Shown piece by piece: positions 57,666-64,000 of a DNA stretch of 64,000 nt. The translations under genes were made by a program, and so were the position numbers. Each line of letters starts with the position of its first letter. Positions within the stretch are counted from its first letter, which is position 1. The notes under the pieces were generated by a model that worked only from the letters and a program-made list of their open reading frames with translations, had not been told where the DNA came from and did not search any database. Source of the DNA: Armatimonadota bacterium (GTDB lineage Bacteria > Armatimonadota > HRBIN16); the NCBI GenBank assembly GCA_963677485.1, contig OY781964.1, positions 4,352,001-4,416,000 on the forward strand. Reading direction: 5' to 3'.

Positions 57666-58421
57666 GTGATGAATACAAAAACATTCTGGACATGCCTTGC
57701 GAGCATCGTGTGCAGCAGCAGTCTGTATGCCAGTAATCTATTGGACCTTGGGCCGATGATCCGACCAGTGGAGTATCGGAACGATGGTACCATTCTGGCG
57801 ATCGATATGAATGACCAGGTGCCTTTCGTATGGGATGAGGGCAAGCGGACAGATATGCCCGGGTTGGTAAACACTGGTAGTACATTAGCAGCCACAGCAC
57901 GCGGTGACCAGCCTATCGAAAAGAGTGTGCTCGCCGTTTCTGGTAAATTCCAAGTCGGATGGATTACTGATGGCAACCTAGAAGGGATTCAAGGGCCAAC
58001 CAAACGAGCTGCACTATGGACTAAAGGGGTTCTTTCCATTCTGCCAGATAATGGTTATGGTGGATGCGCGCGTTCTGTGTCCAAAAAAGGCTGGGCGGTG
58101 GGATATGTTCAAACTACGCGCAGCCGAGGATCTGCTGCGTTGTGGGTAAAGGGCCAATTGACCTTACTACCAGATGACGGTATAGGATATAGCGAAGCGT
58201 TTGCGGTAAATTCACATAACCTGATAGTGGGATCCGCGGTAATCACAGACATGGGATGCCGAGCTGTAGTCTGGGATCACGATGAGATGGCAGTGCTTAA
58301 CAAACAGTGCGATTTACCAGAAGGCTGGAACCTAACGGAAGCAACATGCATCAACGATAAAGGTGCCATCGCAGGAATGGCGGAAGTCAATGGCTTGCTG
58401 CACGGGTTCATACTTCGTTAG
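57666..58421 (+). CDS. Secreted HAF-repeat-like beta-propeller protein
   Basis: Signal peptide, repeats A..V/IN..G..VG....RA.LW, and a C-terminal EATCINDKGAIAG...HGFIL. Confidence 0.75.
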   Translation: MMNTKTFWTCLASIVCSSSLYASNLLDLGPMIRPVEYRNDGTILAIDMNDQVPFVWDEGKRTDMPGLVNTGSTLAATARGDQPIEKSVLAVSGKFQVGWITDGNLEGIQGPTKRAALWTKGVLSILPDNGYGGCARSVSKKGWAVGYVQTTRSRGSAALWVKGQLTLLPDDGIGYSEAFAVNSHNLIVGSAVITDMGCRAVVWDHDEMAVLNKQCDLPEGWNLTEATCINDKGAIAGMAEVNGLLHGFILR

Positions 58422-58443
58422 GTATATCTTTCTGCATATCTAG

Positions 58444-58475
58444 AATGGCGTCCCTTTCGGGGCGCCATTTTTGTT
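58444..58475 (+). terminator. Intrinsic terminator closing the three-gene operon
   Basis: AATGGCGTCCC-TTTC-GGGGCGCCATTTTTGTT. Confidence 0.85.
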
Positions 58476-58554
58476 GTCATCCGCCCAACGCATGACCTCA
58501 GAAGGATATATGTAGTCCTAAAGGGAAGTATATTCCATTACTGAGAGGTGCTTA

Positions 58555-60879
58555 ATGGTCCCCAAGATGGCTATCACAATTCATTATATGGACTGGTCCA
58601 GAAGTGATGTTGAGGTCGTAGATCGGCTAAAGCAACTCAAGAAGCTGTTCTGTGCAGATAGCTTGAAGGTCGATTGTTCGTGGCGATTTGTGGAGCCTAT
58701 CGAGGGAAAGTATGACTTTACCTGGCCAGACCGCATCTGCCGTTTGTGTGCTCAGTCAGGCTTGAGGGTATGGTTTATATTGAACTCGGCCTGGGGGATG
58801 CCGGACTGGGTTCTGCAGAGTGTGGGGAAAGAGGCCTTCGCCTGGAACAGCCTTGACCAGACAGGGCGGCAGGGTGTTTCTGAAGGCAGTGTTGTTGGCA
58901 AATACCCAGCTCCTGTTATCCCCGCTTATGGCCATCCTTGGATGATCCCGCATATCAACGCTTGGCATCAGGCGGTTGTGCAGTATGTAGAAAAGAACTA
59001 CCCCCAGACCATAGCCGGCTATATCGCGGAAGGCGAGATATATCTGAACCCGGACAATGATCTGGGAGATGGTCTGTTTGATTATAATCCGCACACGATT
59101 CGGATGTACCAAGAGTGGCTGCCAGGAAATCTCGCTTCACCATACTACGGTGCATCATCGCCTGCGCGTGCTGCGAAACCCAAAGTGCCCTCATGTAACT
59201 CGGCGTGGAACACCAGCTACACGCGCTGGGATGATGTGAAACCATCTCGGAGCTCAGCTCCGAGCAGCATTGCATGGCGGGACTGGGCGATGTTTCTGCG
59301 CTGGTATGTGGCCTGGAGCTATCAACAGGTCACCAGGGGTCTACGGACGGCCACGAAGCGGCCGATTAGCCTATTAGTGAACTGCTTTACCGGATGGCCC
59401 ATGCCTGATGATCATGTATGGGGAGCTCACCGCACTCACAATAACGCCTGGAGCATATATCAGGCGGTGGCACCTTATGTAGATTATCTGGGTGTGACCG
59501 CTTATCAGTATGATCCAGACTGGGAGATTGACCGTAGCGCACAGTGGGATTGTAACATGGCGGTCGTGGACGCCTGTTCGCATTGGCTTGGTAAACCGGT
59601 CTGGATTGTGGAGGGCGGTTCTATCATGCGGCCGCGGTGCCTGAGTGACCTGCGCTGGCAACTGTATAACGGCTATATACACCGGCAGCCCAGTGTGGTG
59701 CTGGGGTATCTTGATATGGCCAGTGGTCAGAACATCAACTACTCATGGAATCCAGCACTTGATTTTCCGGCCACTCATCAGCTATGCTCTCAATACACCC
59801 AGACGGCCTATCCGGTCAATGCATCGGTTGAGGTAGCGGTGATCCACAACAGCTTGTCGGAACTGCTGACCCCTGGTGATGGCACAGAAGCCAGAGCTGT
59901 GCGTGCTGTGGTCCGGTGGCTTCGGTACATAGGTGTAAGCTGCCATGTGCTCGACACCCAGGCGATAGAGAGTGGAGCTGTCTCACTGAAAGCATACAAA
60001 CTGATCATCTTTCCGAGTGTGCATCCGGTCACAGCTGTGATGAAGCGATTATTTCGTCAATCGAACCTGCCGATCTTGTGTGACAAGGGAGCGTGTTCTG
60101 TGGATGAGTGGCTGAACTCGTCAACTCCACTGCGGCCAGATGGTGTCATTGATTCCCATATGTTGAATGGTGAGCAGGCTGATCTGGAGGATAGGGGCAT
60201 CAAGCCATTAGCATCTCCTGTTTGGTTGAGGTTCATATCAACATATGTCGGCACCCACAGGCCAGATTTACAGATGAGCATATATGGTCGTGGTGATCTT
60301 GGCTTCAACCGAGATGCGGAGGAAGCCGTCAGATACCGCGGTGTGCGTGTGTTACCTGGTTGCGAATACCCGACAGTGGTTGATGACCAACAGATATTGC
60401 CGAAGAAGCTACCTCCGGAGTTGCGGTTAAATCGGCAGCCAGATGGTATCATGGGCCCTTGTGCGGTGACTGTCCAACCGCAGCCGGATGGTTCGACCAG
60501 CGTGCATTTCGGAGCGTATACAGGCCTTTCAGGTTTCTGGCAGGCTTCGGTGTATTGGGACATACCGGCTGGTTCATTGGCGCGGTTACGCCAACTGCGG
60601 TTCCGCTATTCCGTTGTGGCCGATACGGGTTCAGGCGCAAACGCTACCGCCGGTGATGTCAGTATGGATATCCGGCTGGTCAGCAGCACAAACGGTAGGC
60701 ATCATGCGGTGAAGCTGCCGGTTCGTGTATCTCAGGAACAAATCACAATCGCGATGACGGCAGTGGGTCTAGGGGCTCTCCAACGACGGACGGAGATCGA
60801 CCGAATCCAGCTCTGTCTGACGGCTGCCAACTGGCAACCGGTTCAAGTGTATCTTTCAATAATACAACTCTTTCCTTGA
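58555..60879 (+). CDS. GH42-like (beta-galactosidase-like) glycoside hydrolase with extra C-terminal domain
   Basis: SWRFVEPIEGKYDFTWPD, MPDW, DYNPHTIRMYQEWL, N.AWNTSY..WDDV.P, WRDW..F, KPVWIVE, and trimerisation-like LKAYKLIIFP. Confidence 0.7.
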   Translation: MVPKMAITIHYMDWSRSDVEVVDRLKQLKKLFCADSLKVDCSWRFVEPIEGKYDFTWPDRICRLCAQSGLRVWFILNSAWGMPDWVLQSVGKEAFAWNSLDQTGRQGVSEGSVVGKYPAPVIPAYGHPWMIPHINAWHQAVVQYVEKNYPQTIAGYIAEGEIYLNPDNDLGDGLFDYNPHTIRMYQEWLPGNLASPYYGASSPARAAKPKVPSCNSAWNTSYTRWDDVKPSRSSAPSSIAWRDWAMFLRWYVAWSYQQVTRGLRTATKRPISLLVNCFTGWPMPDDHVWGAHRTHNNAWSIYQAVAPYVDYLGVTAYQYDPDWEIDRSAQWDCNMAVVDACSHWLGKPVWIVEGGSIMRPRCLSDLRWQLYNGYIHRQPSVVLGYLDMASGQNINYSWNPALDFPATHQLCSQYTQTAYPVNASVEVAVIHNSLSELLTPGDGTEARAVRAVVRWLRYIGVSCHVLDTQAIESGAVSLKAYKLIIFPSVHPVTAVMKRLFRQSNLPILCDKGACSVDEWLNSSTPLRPDGVIDSHMLNGEQADLEDRGIKPLASPVWLRFISTYVGTHRPDLQMSIYGRGDLGFNRDAEEAVRYRGVRVLPGCEYPTVVDDQQILPKKLPPELRLNRQPDGIMGPCAVTVQPQPDGSTSVHFGAYTGLSGFWQASVYWDIPAGSLARLRQLRFRYSVVADTGSGANATAGDVSMDIRLVSSTNGRHHAVKLPVRVSQEQITIAMTAVGLGALQRRTEIDRIQLCLTAANWQPVQVYLSIIQLFP

Positions 60880-60891
60880 TCGGAGTATGAC

Positions 60892-62328
60892 ATGACCACC
60901 GCTTTTCAATATACAGTGGGAATTCTGGGGCATCCTACGACACCTGATGTTCGCTGGACCGAAGATCGGCTTTTAGCTCTCAAGGAGCTGGGTGTCAACA
61001 CGATCCAGCTCAGCATCGCCTGGGCTTGGAAGCCGGCCAACGAGGTGCTGAACCTAGAGGACTTCATCAGCGATCCCGCCCAACTTCCTGAGTGGCACGC
61101 CGAATCGGTAGTGCGATATAACCAGCCGGGTGGGGCGATCTACGGTGCAGCCCACCAGATGGAGTGGCACCATCGCGTCGCTTTAGCTAAGAAGCTGGGA
61201 TTCCATACCCTGGCCCACTTTGGACTACCAATGGGGCCGCCTGAAGATGCCACGACCTGCATGAGTGATGATTCGGTGGTGGAGTTCTACCAAGCACGTC
61301 TGAAGTGGCTGTTCACCGAATACCCAGAAATTGGTGATGTGATGGTGTACACGTATGACCAGTTCGCCTGGCTTTGCAGCGAGTATGGCGACTGCCCGCG
61401 CTGCCACGGCGTGCCGCTTCATATACGGCTTATTAGGTTTTTGTCAGCTTTGCTTGAGGCTGTGCGTAGCGTGAAGCCAACCGCGCGGTTGTGGTGGGAG
61501 CCATGGGAGATCAGTGAGGGGCAGATACTGAGTGTGGTCGAGGGCATCGAACCCGAGGGATTTGGACTCATTCTGCACCATACGGTGGCTGAGGTGCAGT
61601 TCTGCAACACCACAGACGGCACCTTACGAAACACCGCCCGGCTGGCGAGCCGCAGAGGTATTCCGGTGATGGGTGAGGGGTTCTTCAGCGGGGCGGGTGA
61701 GGACATCTTCCCGATGACTCATCTGGCTTGCCCAAGGCTAGTTTACCAGCAGTTGCAGGCGCTGGCGGAAACACCGGGCATCGTCGGAGCCAAAGAGTAT
61801 TACGGCATGGTGCCTGAGCATTTCAGCGCGAATATCTGGATGTATAAAGCGTTCCTGCAGAGCCCCACCAGCAGCCTCAATAAGCTGCTTGGGCAAGTAG
61901 CGGCCAAATACCCTGTAGAGCTCCAGAATCGGCTGCTGGAGGCCTGGGAGCTGACCTCCACGGCGATGGAGGTTTTCCCATGGAACGGGAGCTGGGCGTT
62001 AAGGCGCATCTTCGACAGCAGTCTGGAGCGGGTGTGGCAGACCATCCCAGGCGCCTGCTGGCAGACGCCAAGTTGGCAATCTAACCGCAAGGGCTTTTTC
62101 ATGGTGACCGACCAACAGACCCTCAGCCCATGGATGAAGGAGGATGTGGCATTGCGGGCCATACAAGCCTCGGAAATATTCAAGGAAGCTGAGGATGTCT
62201 ACGATGATATCATACGGTCGGCACTGGTAGCGAATGAGGAGATTACGCTGATGGCGCGTGAGGTGAAACTAGCACAGCGCGTGAGTGCTCACTTCGGGCA
62301 CAGTTTGTACGAACACCGCGCATTGTAG
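60892..62328 (+). CDS. Hypothetical TIM-barrel, glycoside-hydrolase-like protein
   Basis: LKELGVNTIQLSIAW, AKKLGF, C.SD..V..FY, WLCSEYGDCPRC. GGAG SD 12 nt after the upstream stop. Confidence 0.55.
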   Translation: MTTAFQYTVGILGHPTTPDVRWTEDRLLALKELGVNTIQLSIAWAWKPANEVLNLEDFISDPAQLPEWHAESVVRYNQPGGAIYGAAHQMEWHHRVALAKKLGFHTLAHFGLPMGPPEDATTCMSDDSVVEFYQARLKWLFTEYPEIGDVMVYTYDQFAWLCSEYGDCPRCHGVPLHIRLIRFLSALLEAVRSVKPTARLWWEPWEISEGQILSVVEGIEPEGFGLILHHTVAEVQFCNTTDGTLRNTARLASRRGIPVMGEGFFSGAGEDIFPMTHLACPRLVYQQLQALAETPGIVGAKEYYGMVPEHFSANIWMYKAFLQSPTSSLNKLLGQVAAKYPVELQNRLLEAWELTSTAMEVFPWNGSWALRRIFDSSLERVWQTIPGACWQTPSWQSNRKGFFMVTDQQTLSPWMKEDVALRAIQASEIFKEAEDVYDDIIRSALVANEEITLMAREVKLAQRVSAHFGHSLYEHRAL

Positions 62329-62335
62329 GTATCAT

Positions 62336-62364
62336 CAACAGGCGGCCGATTGGCCGCCTGTTTG
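62336..62364. terminator. Bidirectional terminator between the GH-like operon and mtaB
   Basis: AACAGGCGGCC-GATT-GGCCGCCTGTTT. Confidence 0.75.
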
Positions 62365-62371
62365 CTTCAGT

Positions 62372-63751
62372 CTACAAGCCATACTCGGCCAGATTGACCT
62401 TCTTGGGATCGGCTAGTTTGCTCTGCTGTTCGATGATTTCTGCCTCGGTTTCCGGCAACTCGTCGGCAGCGTCGCTGAGCATATCCAGCCAGGCTGCCTC
62501 GCGTCCCTGAAGCATGAACTCATCGCGATCATAGGCTTCTCGCAGCTCCGCTAAGGTGGCTAATGCGGCTCTTCGCACACGGCCGTAGGCGGTGGGCTCT
62601 TCGATAATCTGACCAGCCAGTTTCAACACGACGTCAGGACGAAGAACATACGCCTGTGGATCGTATTTGACGTCGCTCTCTGAGAACCAGTCGCGTAGAG
62701 TCAACGCACTGTCCGCGCCATGGCCGATAGCCACGTTCATCAGGCGGGTGGAGAAGGTCAGTTGCTCCATACTGACAGTCGGTGCCATGCCACCTAGCAA
62801 CTTCAAGTTCTGAACGGATTCGTTCGACCACAGGTCGCAGACCGCCTTCGGGATGTTTCCAATGGGTGAGAGGTGAGCCACTGCCGCTTCGGCACCTTCC
62901 ATGCTGATGGGGCACCCGGTGATCGCTTTGATGTATGGATTTTCGTAGGCGCAGTCCTTGCTCGGTCCGATGGCCCCGCGTTCATGTGCCACCAGCGTTC
63001 GTGCGGCTGTCATCACCCGGATGACGGCGGCCCACACCTTGGGAATGAACTGCTTATCGGCCAGCACCATGGCGGTGTTGCCAAAACCGCAGGCGGTGTC
63101 ACCACCAGGTATCACTCCGTACTTATTGCTGACTCCAACGATCATGTCCCACAGACGCTCCATGTCGCGGGCACCAAGGATGCCCAGCGCGAAGGCCACA
63201 GATGGCAGATCGGCGTTCATGATGGCATCGTCGTGTATCTCTTTGCCACCTGTGGATTCTATGCTGAGGATGTCCGCGCCTGCTTGTGAGTTGAGCTCAA
63301 AGCTGCGAACCATGTTGTCCCAGTAGTGACCATGCCACATGACCGGCGGGCGTTCATGTTCGCGGATGTCGTTAGGTGTGATCCGCAGCACACCTTTAAG
63401 GCCATCTGAAGCGGCGTATTTGTCGAGTGTGTTCCGGAGAATTGCCGTGATACGGGCTCCCCATTCCGGGTTATGTGTCATAGGAGGAAGCAGTTCGAAC
63501 TCCACCACAATCCCGTCACTGTGCAGGTCCACCGCCCGATGGCAGGCATCGTTGATCATCTGGGTATACTGCCGTTCGACTTCTGACCATGTATCAGCCG
63601 TGATGTCCATTGGCGGCAGTGTGAAGTTGAGTTCAGGGTAGACTCGTCCACCTCCTATAACCAGACCACTCTTCGTGGTGACAGGGTTTGGACTGGTTCC
63701 GAAAACAAACTGCTTGAGATCCTTGATTGCCAGTGCGTTGTAGATATTCAT
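62372..63751 (-). CDS. mtaB: Methanol:corrinoid methyltransferase MtaB family protein
   Basis: FVFG....PV....GLVIGGG.VYPELNF, SIESTGGKE, GDTACGFGNTAM, GPSKDCAYE, PISMEG, DLWSNESV. GGAGG SD before ATG 63751. Confidence 0.88.
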   Translation of the reverse strand: MNIYNALAIKDLKQFVFGTSPNPVTTKSGLVIGGGRVYPELNFTLPPMDITADTWSEVERQYTQMINDACHRAVDLHSDGIVVEFELLPPMTHNPEWGARITAILRNTLDKYAASDGLKGVLRITPNDIREHERPPVMWHGHYWDNMVRSFELNSQAGADILSIESTGGKEIHDDAIMNADLPSVAFALGILGARDMERLWDMIVGVSNKYGVIPGGDTACGFGNTAMVLADKQFIPKVWAAVIRVMTAARTLVAHERGAIGPSKDCAYENPYIKAITGCPISMEGAEAAVAHLSPIGNIPKAVCDLWSNESVQNLKLLGGMAPTVSMEQLTFSTRLMNVAIGHGADSALTLRDWFSESDVKYDPQAYVLRPDVVLKLAGQIIEEPTAYGRVRRAALATLAELREAYDRDEFMLQGREAAWLDMLSDAADELPETEAEIIEQQSKLADPKKVNLAEYGL

Positions 63752-63971
63752 GGTATCCTCCCTGTGATTCGGGTTTGTATGTGTTGTACCACATATTGCG
63801 AGCTGTTCTGTCTTAATTATCACAGGGTGATACCAGGATATCATGGTAATATAGTGCTTATGAATGATATATTATATGCGTAATATATTAATATTATGAA
63901 ATTAGTCACTAAGTGATGGGGGAATATGGTGTGACGGCCAAAAATGAACCAGGTGTCAGAAAAACCTATAC

Positions 63972-63997
63972 AGCCAGGTTAACGAGTGAACCTGGCT
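63972..63997. terminator. Hairpin at the window edge, possibly terminator of the next gene
   Basis: AGCCAGGTT-AACGAGTG-AACCTGGCT. Confidence 0.4.
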
Positions 63998-64000
63998 CCG

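Noticed and set aside
62372-62374. Pyrrolysine read-through of the mtaB TAG stop
   Set aside because: The protein is already full length, a terminator follows immediately, and Pyl is a feature of methylamine, not methanol, methyltransferases.

Overview
Bacterial chromosomal window. By inference it comes from an Armatimonadota-like, sugar-degrading organism, judged from the C-terminal dockerin-like tails and the many uncharacterised glycoside-hydrolase-like genes. In order it holds: the 3' part of a complex I operon (nuoE-H, J-N; nuoI is absent from its usual place); a REP-like doublet; an MsmK/MalK-type ATPase; a ~1960-aa modular surface protein (13 IPT/TIG domains, a C-type lectin, two RCC1-like propellers, an Ig+dockerin-like tail); a GH-like protein; a DEAD-box helicase fused to two zinc ribbons; two paralogous GH5-like genes on either side of tRNA-Ala(CGC); a DUF4838-like protein; an RhaD-like aldolase; RidA; two GT2 genes plus an O-antigen-ligase/TPR gene; an mtnP-mtnA-apt operon opposite a PfkB kinase and an ankyrin protein; two identical tRNA-Arg(GCG); GH78; GH38; a URO-D-like protein; tatD-tcdA; a hybrid PAS/PocR kinase; GH32; tyrS; a three-gene secreted-protein operon carrying a second dockerin-like tail; a GH42-like gene and an unknown TIM-barrel gene; and a stand-alone methanol:corrinoid methyltransferase MtaB. 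I saw no CRISPR array, prophage, transposase or rRNA. The best candidates for under-described biology are the shared Ig+dockerin-like tail on non-cellulolytic surface proteins, the orphan MtaB among sugar genes, G34 tRNA-Arg decoding, and the zinc-ribbon helicase fusion. All assignments come from reading motifs by eye, not from database searches.
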